64,000 nucleotides of DNA from Iphione sp. A-MEVVRFRX5 (taxonomy: Eukaryota). Positions 1 through 12,030 of this stretch are shown here, piece after piece. The stretch covers positions 33,790,001-33,854,000 of the forward strand of contig OZ320323.1 in NCBI GenBank assembly GCA_976226885.1, written 5' to 3'. Numbering within the stretch: position 1 is the stretch's first letter; each line of letters opens with the position of its first letter. Made by a program: the position numbers and the translations under genes. A model generated the notes under the pieces. It had not been told where the DNA came from. It was given only the letters and a program-made list of their open reading frames with translations, and did no database searches.

Positions 1-729
1 GTCAAAAAACTCTCAGAACCTCCAGAATCACATCAAAAGCTAATGTAGTTTCGATGGCCTTGTTGACTAGTTTAATCAGTGATGACGGTGTGCTACCAGG
101 GATCTTGCCTGGTGCAGTGGTCAAACAAGTCAGGCTGTGAAAGCTATGAAATGTCTAAGGATTTACAATATAGCAGGCTTTTTCTGCATGTTCTATTCTG
201 TTCTCGGCCCTTGTTGCCTCTGTCAGTAAGAAACGCTTGTTTCAGGCCCCACTGCTGAATGTACTATCAGTAGTAGACTAGCATGCGTTCTGTGACTTGG
301 CCAATAGATGATTATGTACACCTAGATGACGGAGGTCCCTTGGATGTTAACATCAGTAGTAAAGTGTTAACTTGATGGTTGGCAGGAACTAATAGCAGGG
401 TAGTATCTCGAGTGTTTAGAAGCAAATTCCTACAAAATCACTGCCAATTATTAGATTCCCTTTTTCCAATCCTCCATCTATTTGACTGTCCCTCCCTAGA
501 GTACTCCCTTCCAGTGACCAGAGGCACTACAGTAGCCCGGTGGTTGGAATCCACAGGTATGGCTCCACCTGATGGTATCAACGGACAGTACAGTTTCCTG
601 CTGGGCAGAGTCCTTGGTAGCACTCCGTCCTGGCTCAGGCATCATTCACCCTTTACGTGTGAATGCCTCCAGGCATCATCAGGTCTTTGCCAGGGAATGC
701 CTGATGGCATTATTTCCCCTTATAGAGCT

Positions 730-1232
730 AATGAGGAAATTGAACGTGTGAATAGATTCACATATGTTGGTATTATGGTAGATGAGACCCTAACATTTAT
801 ATAATTCTTGGTAAAACAATGATCCTACCCATAATTGAGTATGGGGTAGCAGTGGTAACATGGGAGGAAAGTGACTTGTTTAGGTTTGAAAAACTATATA
901 ACAAGACATTAAGGACCATGATGGGCTGGGAGTATGGTACAGAGCGAAGTTTACAAGATATCACATGCTGCAAACTGTTAGCAAGACAAAACCAAATAAT
1001 ATTGATGCAAATGTTTAATGAAGTAAAACCTGGCAATAGTCTAATAAATCCTACTAAAAGAATGCGTTGTGAGAGAAAATTACATTTTGCAAGACCAAAA
1101 ATTAACAAGGAGGGCTTTCGGGGTTCACCTGAGATAATTGACAGAATTCTATGGGACAAACCACTGCCGGGATGTGAAACTTTACGTAAGTATACTTTCA
1201 AGAAGCTACTACGGAGGCTCAGCATATGTTAA
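730..1232 (+). mobile_element. Decayed non-LTR retrotransposon (CR1/L2-like) reverse-transcriptase C-terminal fragment
   Basis: EEIERVNRFTYVGIMVDETLTF resembles IExVxxFKYLGVxLDxxLxF. It is followed, out of frame, by ILPIIEYGVAVVTW...FEKLYNKTLR (LPxLEYG..W...LEK...R) and a RILWDKPLP-type tail. Frameshifted and truncated. Confidence 0.7.
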
Positions 1233-2929
1233 ATGCATATTTGAAGCACTCAGATGTCATCTGAAAGTGTAATCATGACATCGGCATTGCAGACGTCGTC
1301 TGCTGTGCATATTTATTGGAAGAAGGAAAACACAGTGCTTAAGGATCTCTGGCCTGCAGATATCATCTGCAAAGCACATACAGAACTTTTTGTTAAAAAC
1401 TAATATTTGTTGGCACTAGTAAGACATTAAGTGATAGTTCTATATGATGTGCAGGGTCATTGTATATATCATCTCATTTAATCTCATGGGGTAGTCATTA
1501 GTCTGTGTTGAATTGTTGAATCCTGCTTATAAGTATTTTATGTACAATACATCAGGTTAATTAAAGATCTTAAAAAAATCAATTTGTATTTGCTATTGAT
1601 CATGCAATAGATAAGATCCACTGATCAACAGGCCATTGAACTGAGGGTTTTCCACTCGGAGAGCATGCTTGATGCCTGATGTCATACTGTTCTGGCTTCG
1701 AACTGAATAACACGCTTGGGCAGTAACCCTATGGAGTTGTGGTTTGGGGATGCTGCGCATGTCGACTATGCAAGTTCTGGCACCCTAGTTATGCCTTAGT
1801 GACGCAGTGTTTGAGGAAATCCTCATTGTCTCGAGACTACTCCGGTAAGTTTTAAACTTAACAAGGCAGAGCTAATGCGTAGCAATGTAGGTACTGGAGG
1901 ATGTTTATATAAGTCGTCATACAATATCGATTCCTGGTGGATGCCCCAGATAGATAAGTCTATATGAGCAGGTGTGGGGAATGACTGCCATAGCGAAAAT
2001 GGCCTAGCATGGTTTGGGATGCCTGATGTAGTCCCATGCAGGTTGGGCAGATCCGAAACGGATGAATACGAGTAACTGCACTCACAGAATTGAAAAAATA
2101 CCATGGGCTGTGACTGGCTGTGAGTCACACGAGATTGCCACGTGACTCAAGTAAGCAAATAGTGAATATTTTACACAAAAGTGTGGACCTTCGAGGTCTG
2201 ATGTCCCCCATCTCTACCACCTATCCCCACACTTGTATAATGAATAATATGTCTGAGTGTATACATTTGATGAACACAATTTTGCATCCATCATAGTGAG
2301 TGTGTGTGTGTGTTAGTGAGCAGAATATAATGAAATACAATAAATGAAACAGACATAATCCAGTGCAATGTGTCTATACAGGTATCATATCCAACTGTCA
2401 GTTGATTCAACCTAATGGAATTGAAGTGATAAGATTTAAAAGTTTGCGATAGAAGGCTGCACGGTTAGACAGCAGTAATCCTAAGGTCCCCCTGCAACTC
2501 CTTTTCGTGATGGGGAACGAAAATAGCATTCCTAATTTTATAACTAAGACTATAGCAGTTCCCTTTGGTCTTAGTTCATTCATATATGTTGATTGTGGAA
2601 TCATTCTCAGGTCACAACGTTGAAAAGAAGACCAACTCAGTTACGAGGAAGCTTCCCTGTCAGAGGCTTTGCTAATAGAGGTACACACGTACACTGGGAA
2701 GCCATACCTCAGCACGTTGGTATTTCTTCAACGTAGATCCTGCAGTACACCTGCCTCAACAGCCTTCCAGCGGTATGTGTATGAGTGAGGTTAATGTTAT
2801 AAAGTTAAATGCATGTATTTCTCTCTATATTCATATTAGCACACAGACATTATTTCAAGTCCTTTTTATAATATAATATTCATTCAAAGTCCACTCCAGC
2901 TCATCTCTCATCATTAAAGGGCAAACAGA

Positions 2930-3110
2930 GTTTTCAGAATTACAATCTTTGTAAAACCCCGAGAGCTCTGAACCACAGTCTTCATAATACTCATGCTCTG
3001 AATCACAATCTCTGTAAAACAAAATACTTAGAATCACAATCTCAGTAAAATCAATTAATCTGAATCATATTCTCCCCCAAATCCAATACTCTGAATCATT
3101 CTCTCCTTAA
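2930..3110. repeat. Degenerate 30-33 bp minisatellite, about 6 units
   Basis: Core gaatcacaatct recurs at about 2937, 2970, 3000, 3031, 3062 and 3093. Confidence 0.8.
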
Positions 3111-3299
3111 CCACCACCTGGATGTATGTTTTGGCATTGGGACTCGCATGCAATGTATTTGTATTCCTTCATCTCTTTTGATCTCACACGTTGCACACCT
3201 CTCTCGGATGTAACTGTGAATTCTCCCACATTTACCACTGTTCATTTCAGTTACTGTTGGTCTTTTGAGCACCTTGTCTCCCTTACCAAGAGCTAACAA

Positions 3300-3559
3300 T
3301 CATTCTGCAGATTGAAGACGGAGCAGAGTGCATGGTTCCCCGCGAGAATCACCATAGAGGAGTACATTACGGGCCGCTACGGACAGAATGTGGCAGATGA
3401 GAACTTTTGTTCTGCCCTTGCTTGCACACACCACCTCGATGGCTGCCAACAGCTTCAACTGGACACCGCCGGTGACATCATGCTTGTGAGCACTGGTGAG
3501 GACTGGAATGTCGATGCTGCCATCCGACTGGCAAACAACTTCAGGCAGCAAGGCCGCTC
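3300..3559 (-). CDS. IPK: IPK exon 6 (last): (G)AALLPEV...HDVTGGVQLKLLAA...LRLQSAE*
   Basis: Acceptor ttgtag|ga, phase 1; DVTGG nucleotide-binding motif; TGA at 3302-3300. Confidence 0.9.
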
Positions 3560-4115
3560 CTACAATGAACAATTTCTTCTGGTGAATTATTTATTATAAC
3601 AGATAGGAAGATGTTGATCTCCTGTGTCCAAAAATCCATTGCATTTGGGGGCCACGCAAGTTGACTGACAACCAAAAGATTTGACTATTGCTCAATGGGT
3701 GAGTGCTAATTGACTGACTGCATTATAACATCAAGACGATGTTTCGTAGCTGCTAGCCAGCCAAATCTAAACAGTGTTCTACATAGCATCATTTTAACGT
3801 CATTTTCACGATGTGGCGATCAGTCAATTTTGAACCCATGATATAAGTTAAAACTAACAGGCATTTACGTCCTACATAGCCTACCCCCCCCCCAAAAAAA
3901 AAAAAAAAAATCAAACAAACAAACAAAACAAACACACGCCACAATGGAATAATGACGATCAAGTGGCCTTGCTCAATGTGAGCATTCGGAATATTCGGGA
4001 AGGGACACGAAATCTCTAAGGAAGTTCTGTTAAACTGTAAAAGACAGCCAGCGTATGCAGCTTGCATGTAGAACTTCAAAATGCTCATGGGTAGTATACA
4101 CAAGGAGACACTGAC

Positions 4116-4200
4116 CTGGCAGGTCGGGGGGACGGTCGTAGATGCCCAACACGTCAGACAGGAAGATCACCATGCTTGGCCGGAAGGTGGCACTGAGCAC
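4116..4200 (-). CDS. IPK: IPK exon 5: VLSATFRPSMVIFLSDVLGIYDRPPDLP(G)
   Basis: ctcccag| acceptor, g|gtcagt donor; F-L-S/T-D-V-x-G-I/V-Y motif of amino-acid kinases. Confidence 0.92.
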
Positions 4201-4557
4201 CTGGGAGGGCACCAACAAAGAATACCGGGTTCAAGAAGAGGAGGTCCGTCTTTAATTTATGCAGGTGAACATGTTTCTACTGGAAGTTCGGGAATTTTGA
4301 CACTTTACAAGTTCGGTCAGCCTGGTCCAACCGGACCTCAAATAACCAGATTCCCCACTACATTATACACACATTAACGGGACACATCTTTTTCGCCCTC
4401 TATTTCATGTATACCTCAACCGAACTCCCCATTCAACCATAACCATTCTACGAGAAACACACCCCATCCAGTAAGAAAGGGTCAACGGGAATAACTGGCG
4501 ATACCTGTTAACGTTAGTCAACGTTCTGATCCAATTATGTCTAAACGTTTGAAGTAC

Positions 4558-4719
4558 CTGAATGATGGTGTCTCCACTGAGGATGGCACATCCCTGCTCA
4601 CTGTCAAGAACACAATCCCCATGGAGCACAGGCACCAGTCCACAAGCCAGCAGTTCCCAGACCGATTCCACATCACTACGAATCACCCTACCGGACTCGG
4701 TCTTCCATATTCCACATGG
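4558..4719 (-). CDS. IPK: IPK exon 4: PCGIWK...GLVPVLHGDCVLDSEQGCAILSGDTIIQ
   Basis: caccag| acceptor, cag|gtactt donor; 54 codons; PVLHGD and ILSGD motifs. Confidence 0.92.
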
Positions 4720-5133
4720 CTGGTGTGTGTGTGTTTGTGTGTGTGTGTGTGCGTGTGAATGTGTGTGGGTGGGATAAAGGAACATAATACAATTTAATGA
4801 CAACTAAAATATAGTAAAAAAAAGAAAAGAAAATGTAAAAAAAATACGATTGAAAAAACTAGTCCTTTGATGATTGCATTCAGTTATATTTTTCATGCAT
4901 ATATAATAACTTGGCGTGTATTTCATAATAAGCATATAACATATAAGCATTACTTTGGTTCAGGTCTACTACATGTTTCATTTATTTTAAGTAGTTACTT
5001 TACTGTGCTGTCCCACAATTCTACTGTAAGCAATGCTCTGAATGCTCATTCCCACAATACCTTAGTATCTGATGTACTCCCCCTGACACTATGAAGCAAG
5101 TATCACCCTTATTTGTGACTTACATGTACTTAC

Positions 5134-5193
5134 CGATAGAGTTACGGCGGATACCCCGGCAGCAGTGAACTCCTCAACCACAAGATGGTTCAG
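5134..5193 (-). CDS. IPK: IPK exon 3: LNHLVVEEFTAAGVSAVTLS
   Basis: ttttag| acceptor, tcg|gtaagt donor; 60 nt, phase 0/0. Absent from the ORF track but fits the LN..v...l...G..av motif. Confidence 0.9.
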
Positions 5194-6579
5194 CTAAAAT
5201 AAAAAGCTATTTTTACTGTAGATAGCATTAAACGTTGTCTAGTTACCAATGGCTGAGGTTCCTACTGCTACCACCGGAAGGATTTTGGTGCTGACAGATT
5301 CTGGACAGGGGATTCGGATTGCAACAACACCTTGAGAGGATGGCTGACAATGACTTTTTTCCTGATGTGCAAGTTTATCCGGTAGCAGCCATTGATGTAT
5401 TGTGCAAAGTAAGCTATTAGCATGAAAACATTAAAAAATTACACTAATCTATATTTTTGGAGGTATCATCGACTTGATACACTGCAACAAGGAAACCAGG
5501 CACTCGCTTCCTGTACATCAAGGCATGGACATGATTTTAAATCAATTTGCGATGACTCTACCTATACATTTGAACAGGCTCTATATAAATCTATTTCTAC
5601 AAACCAAATGCTGTCCTATTTCTTCAATGGTATTCAACACTTAAAATCATTACAAGTGGCCTAAAGACATTATTGTTCTAGTTTCCGATCAAACACAGTG
5701 GGAATCTAACCAACTGATTCGGAGAAGCAACAAATGACATGATGGGTGCAATTAGTCCCTGGATGAAACCTCCAGTCCATCGTTATCATGATAGTAAATA
5801 CCGTTCCTTTTTAAATAATTTTTTTGATGGACTACATCCCTCCAGTAGGGCATTGTTGTACTGGGTCCCCAACATGCAAAACACCATCTTAAGGAATTGA
5901 TTCTCTGGATGTGTTGATAGCTATGTGGATATATTGACTAGCTATGAGCTATTACGTATACTATGTACATATGATGTTAATAAATTGACTCATGTTATAC
6001 TATTTATGCTGCATCCGACACTACAGATACAGAAATATAATTAACCTTCGCTGTAGAATGATAGCTATTTTTTTCATCAGTGGTGTTGAGAAATCGACCC
6101 ATAGATGAGGCTGTACATGTATTTGTGTTCTTTGGAGTGTTTTTTTTTACCCATACATGAAGCTGTATTTGTATGACTAACTTACTATTTGATATGGAAT
6201 ACTCATTTTGTCATAAGTGTTGATATATCGATGATTGTTGATATATTATATCAATGAATATTCTTTAAGTAATGTGTTGATTTAGTATGGGCAACTATTA
6301 TTTACCTCATTTGATCTGTTACCAATGTCTGGTATGGTATTAGCGCAGTTTGTTAATGTCTTGTGTGTGTATTATTCTTATTTCTTCTGTTTATCTAGTA
6401 GTGTTATTTTAAACGTTTGTTCTTTATTGTTTGTTTAGTATATCTTGTGAACTTACTGTACTATTCATTCTAGAGTATTACTGCTGTGATAAGTCAAGTA
6501 ATGTCAAATTATGATTTGAACTGCCTTTTTCTTACGTTGTACCATGAAGGTTTTATTTATGTGATTATGGTTACTATGT

Positions 6580-7330
6580 CTAGTTCCAACTATTGTATAA
6601 ATTTAAATGGTATAAGGATAGCACAGCAAAATATCTCAGTATCATTCAAATAGATATAATAGATATTATTGCTTCTAATATTCAATACATATCACATGCA
6701 GATGTTATATAAACATCAGATTTTTGATCATCTAATGACCTTTGCAACCGAAGACAAACTATCTCCTCTATATAAAAAAGTAATATATAGAGATTTGCAC
6801 GAAAAAAAAAAAATGAAGTAACAGAAATACTTAAAAAAAATTGGAATTGGTATTCATTTTATAACGACAATTTAGATATCTTGCATCTCTAATATGGAGT
6901 AATGAGTATGTATCGCAGAAGAATACATTTCTGGTTAAATATTAAACAAAGTTTAGTAATTTTAGATTTCTTATGTGTAAAGGAAATAAATAGGAACACA
7001 CATCAGTCTGTTAGGCAATTATTTTTACCAAAACCTAGGAATGAGCTTTTGAGAAAATCCTTATACTATGCTGATATTAAAATTTGGAACAATATAGATA
7101 GTATTTACAGAGATATGGAGAATATTCAAGCTTTTCGAATCACGTCAAGATTTTTGTCAATGAAATATGTAAATTATTCATGGAAAAATGATAAAAAACT
7201 GATTTATTCACAATATCATAAGACAATGCATTACATGTATTAAACTTATTTAATAAAATGCTTTCTATAGCCTATCCTGTAAAAACCGCCTCGTCATAGG
7301 CGACTAGATAAATGCTTTTGAACTGAATTG
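6580..7330 (+). mobile_element. Decayed LINE (CR1/L2-like) 3' end
   Basis: NTHQSVRQLFLPKPRNELLRKSLYYADIKIWNNIDSIYRDMENIQAFR resembles the conserved LINE ORF2 C-terminus (H...TR...L.lPk.r...kks..Y.g.klWN.L). AT-rich, with stops upstream, and ends in a gaactgaattgattga-type tail. Confidence 0.65.
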
Positions 7331-7976
7331 ATTGAGACCATGAGACAGACTTTTCACTTTTATCTTCACTTTAATTTGGGAATCGATTATGAATTTTTAT
7401 CAGACTTATAGGAGTGCCACAGACGAATACCTTATATCAATCAGTTCAAAATTTCAAAGGGTTATATCATGATGTTATGGAATATTACTTAAATTTTGCT
7501 TCTTCGGGTCATGTTTCGGATTACTTTACTGCCTTAACCATTGTAAGTTTCTTAAGGCTATAATTAACAGTACAGTTCATTCATATGTGCACATAAACTC
7601 ACAAACACATCAAATCATACACAGCACCCATGCTCTACGAGTGGTGCCATAGAGAATCAAATGAATACATGAAGTTAATCAAACCCCGCAGAACTTACCT
7701 TTTATTTGACCACTAGGTTAAGCCGGATCATCATAATATAATGTTATAAATCAAAATTTTTATGTTATGTACAGTATTCCCTCGCTACAACAACACTGAT
7801 TGGTTCCAGAGGATTACGCCTGAAATAGCATGGTGTTGGAGAAGTGAGGTTATTTTTGTTATTTTCAAAGCACCCGTTTCATTTTGTTACCAAGGAATTC
7901 GTGTCACATCGTGAGGTAATTGGAACAGTAAGGTGTTGCAATAGCGAGGTCTGCCTGTTTGTCTATTAGCACGCAC

Positions 7977-8097
7977 TTTGGTGACGGCCTGCCGTGTGAT
8001 GCTGAAGCCCTTCTTCACCCGGGACTGCTCATCGGAGGACAGGTGGCGCCACCCTCGGTTCACGTTGTAGTCGTGGGCGTGCTGATGACCGAACGAC
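7977..8097 (-). CDS. IPK: IPK exon 2: (G)SFGHQHAHDYNVNRGW...GFSITRQAVTK
   Basis: gacag|g acceptor completes HGAG-SFGH across the phase-2 intron; aaa|gtgcgt donor. Confidence 0.92.
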
Positions 8098-8506
8098 CTG
8101 TCGATCAATAAAGCCAATTTAACACTCGAACCCTCCAGACGGCAAACAGCAGCATAAATCTCCGGAGGAGATGTATACCTACGACAAATAGTCAAGATGG
8201 AGCCAGATTGGTGGGCAGGGTGACTGGAAGGGAGGGGGGGTGGTACGTTCTGCTCACGAATCTATGGACCATGATGAATCATGATGATGAATTTATGTAC
8301 CACAGTAAAAGCGTCAGATAGAAGTATTTCGTAAATTCACCAAAGCCTGAGAAATTATGAGTGCAGAACGAATTTACAACACTGTTTTGTTTATGCCAGG
8401 CAATGATGAAATCAAGGAAAGCAGTAAAACTCTTACGTGTTGCTTCACCATGGGTCATTGTAACGATTGATGTCAGTGTACTTTAGGAAAGATGATTTTT
8501 ACTTCG

Positions 8507-8660
8507 GAAAAGATGTTACTAGATAAAACAGTGACAAAGAGTGTGATGCCTGGAGATACACAATGCCGAAAACATGTTACATTGAAAAGATGTTACTAGA
8601 TAAAACAGTGACAAAGAGTGTGATGCCTGATGATACACAATGTCGAAACCATGTTACATG
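8507..8660. repeat. 77-bp tandem duplication in IPK intron 1
   Basis: gaaaagatgttactagataaaacagtgacaaagagtgtgatgcctg... starts at 8507 and at 8584, near-identical. Confidence 0.9.
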
Positions 8661-11629
8661 AGCCACAAGGCAGCTAGTGGTCTATGCCAAATGAGTCAAC
8701 GAAAGCTGCATCGTGACATTATATTGCATTTTCCATAGCAACGCGGAGAGATGCACTTGTCACCAAAACAATCCTGCCATCAGTGAAATGTTTCACTACA
8801 AGAGACTCCATTCAGTTCACAGTTCATCACCAGACACACCTACTCGTCATGGTTTACAACACTTTAGAAAAGAGGAGTTGTACTTTTGAAAAGATGAATT
8901 GCAGATATAGTCTGAATTTACTGTTATACACCACATAACTGCTAGACGCGAAACCTTCAGGAATTTCAACTGTCTTCATTCACAGATTTTAATATTCGTA
9001 CAGTGGATACTTTTAATGCTGCTGGGTTTGTAACAAAGTCGCAAGTAAACATGGTTTCTGTGAGTGTGGTGTGTTTACCTGTTCACCCCAAGTGGTTTAT
9101 GGCACAGGCAGGCAAAGATACAAGCACTACAGTAAGTGATAAGACCCGGGAATATTCCACCTAAGAGGAGGCTTCAAGGTTTTGTATTAATTAATGCTAA
9201 CGTGCGGTGAAGTATCGCAACATTCTTGTAGTTTAACAAGACTGACGAGCAACTGAAATAAAAAAAAAGCAGTTTAACCTTCAATACACCCTGTGCTTTC
9301 TGATAATGTGATCAATGGTGTGGCATGAGAACCGTTAGACTAAACAGGAACCGGTTTGCCTGGCTCAAAATGGATTAGGCCCGTTCAGATAGATTCTACT
9401 ATGCATGCAGTTAACTAAAATGTAGTTAATAGTTTACAAAACACACTGCTGGTACTTTGGGGCCCAAATCCAGGGGATCATATTAAGAGGTGACCATCGG
9501 ATATATGGTTTGGCTGACAACAGTGCAGAATTGTTTGTATAATAGATTACAGTGTAGAAGATTTCAGCCTATGCCTGCTTGAGCATACACCTAATCGGAC
9601 CCAAGAAATTAAAATACTGGGTGTGTCCTGGGAAAGAGATGACCATGTAGTGATCTCAGGTGTTAACTGTAGTAATCTCTTTATTCTACACCCTCTAGAA
9701 CAAAAATCAAACTGAATTTAAAACTGACTTGTACAATGAAATGATTAGTATGCTCATTCAGTGAACCTTTGGTCATGCAGAGGTGAGCTACCAGCGTCAC
9801 CTGGTAGTGTATTATTGTGCTAAGCAGCTATATATAGACTTTTCTCTTGGCTGTAGCCTCAGAACGCCCCGAGAGGTGGTGACATGCAAACATTCATGGT
9901 GCTTGGCAAGAATCAACAGAGAGTGTGAGTGAGGATCCTATCCCTTCTTTCATGCCACATACAAGCAGGGCCCATTGGCTAGAGACCAGCCTGTAACCCT
10001 TGGCGGTGCTAGTCTCCAGTGCTGGGGTGGTTACCTAGTTGCTCGGGGACATTATGTTGAGCACAATTTCAGAGACTCCCAGAAGTGGTGACCCTGGTTG
10101 AGCAACCTTTTCGTACAACCAGATACCAGTGGTTGCCCCAACCACTCTAACTCTGGTGTGGGGGGGGGGGTGTCTGTGTACAAGGACCGAGTGAACTTGT
10201 CACAGTTGGTTGCACACCCATTCAAGCTGCTAACTGACACCAGTCCATCGTTGTTACAATCTCATTACTACTTTGCAGAGTGCTGTCCATAGCTACCTCG
10301 GCTCTATGTAAACAATTTGTCAGAGAGGCCCTGATCATAGCTGTTAATAACTTGCAACTATAGCTGTGCCCTTCTTGAGACTGACGCCAGACCACTTCAT
10401 CCTTGGGGACGTGTGTGAGACTTTACCCAGCATTATACACGAGGACAGAAGCCTCAATTTCAGAAGCTTTGGGGTCTGCAATACTCATAACACATTCAAA
10501 CTTTGAACTTCAACTGAAGCCACTAGCTTGGAGACACAAGTTTTTCAGAATTTCTGAAAACACTGCACAACCAGACACCCGTGTAGCATTGCTATCACTG
10601 CACAGGTATACAACATCATCGCTGTCTGTTTGAAGGGATGGAGTGGCATACAAAAAAGGCAGACACGTTGGACTCTCACAAATTTAAGTAGAATGTACAG
10701 CCCATTTATTAAAGAAAAAACAACGAACAAATCTAAGCTCAGGACTGGATGTTGAGAGGCTGACTGACCTTGCACGGTGGCCTGCCACTTCCAAGTATTG
10801 CCTAGGGACTCTGATTTATACAATCTATCTGTGATACTTTTTATGGTGTCTCTTCTCAAATTGATTTCAGCTGGAGACAGCTCTATGTTTTCACACAGTC
10901 TTCTTCACAGGATTTGTTTAATCTATAATTATGATACCTTATTCAAGACTGCCAGAAGTAGGCTGAAAGTAGATCGGTCAACCAGTTCCTTCCCTTTGCT
11001 AAACAAATTGACCTATTGATGCATGTTTGTCATTGAGAGAGTATACCTGTTAGCAAGACCCTAAAATACTCCAAAATATTACTGGAATGCAGCAATAAAT
11101 TAAAAAAAAAACAGGGAGAGGTGCAGTGTTTTTTTTCTGTCTGCATAGGGATATTGTCCCACTTACATTTGAATGGAGTCCTATATAGACTAGTACTTGG
11201 TCACAAGTTTTTCAAAAGGTTACTTCCACACCCCGGCCTCCGTATCCCATGCTAACTTTGTTAATACTGGTCTGACTTTCATGAAATTAACAATCGTCAT
11301 ATGAAAGGTAATGATGCAAGGAGTGACATCAGCTACTCTAGATTCTTGTCTTATATTTCCATCTGAAATCGACACTGATGTACATCATGAGTTAGCCATG
11401 GGTTGCAGGAGCTGACCTTCGTTTGACAGTCATAGTGTCGGTGCACGGGTGAAATACACTCAAAACGATCAGTGTCCATCATTTAAAGTTTAATAACTAT
11501 GATGTCAAGAAAGTGGTCATTACGGTGGCCACCTGTAAACAACCAGAGTGATAGAGAGACAGATAGACAGACAGACAGGCAGATACAACCAGTACGTGGG
11601 GGGTATTTGTAAATACATGTACAATGTAC

Positions 11630-11796
11630 CCTGCTCCGTGAACAACAATACATGTTCTGCTGTTCCTCCTGGCCTGGGCTACCAGCTCCGCCGCTTTCTT
11701 TATTTCTTCTTGTTTCGGACTCTCACATACAGCTTTGTCGGTTATTGCGCTTCCTCCAAGCTTCACGATGAAATCCACACTTTTACCATCCATCAT
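11630..11796 (-). CDS. IPK: IPK exon 1: MMDGKSVDFIVKLGGSAITDK...CIVVHGA(G)
   Basis: ATG at 11796; KLGGS and ITDK catalytic-lysine motifs; gg|gtacat donor. Confidence 0.92.
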
Positions 11797-11899
11797 TCCC
11801 TCCCCACACTAGCCACGCTCTGTAAAGCATCGGGAAACACTCAAGGGTGGACGACTGTCATCAATCTGCCCAATATCGCTCACCTTGTTTATACTCGCC

Positions 11900-12030
11900 G
11901 CCGGCTGTGACGTCAGCGCCGGCACCGTGGGAAAGTGTGACGTCAAACATTAACATACATTGAACCTGTACGGAGCTGGCGATTTTCCTCGTACGAGCGA
12001 TCGGACGAGAAGGTAGAGGTAGGTTGGGAC
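11900..12030. promoter_or_regulatory. CpG-rich promoter region with two palindromic CRE/ATF sites
   Basis: TGACGTCA at 11908-11915 and 11938-11945, about 110-150 bp upstream of the IPK ATG. Confidence 0.5.

Larger units (their letters stand above)
3300..11796 (-). other. IPK: Isopentenyl phosphate kinase gene, complete 6-exon CDS (855 nt, 284 aa)
   Basis: Exons 11796-11630, 8097-7977, 5193-5134, 4719-4558, 4200-4116 and 3559-3300 join in frame with GT-AG introns. Motifs: KLGGSAITDK, HGAGSFGH, VPVLHGD, ILSGD, FLSDVLGIYDRPP, DVTGGVQLK. Confidence 0.93.

Noticed and set aside
3312-3599. 95-aa plus-strand ORF that looks protein-like
   Set aside because: It is the antisense shadow of IPK exon 6.
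5300-5950. Possible additional LINE fragment in IPK intron 2
   Set aside because: No clear RT or endonuclease motif could be read.
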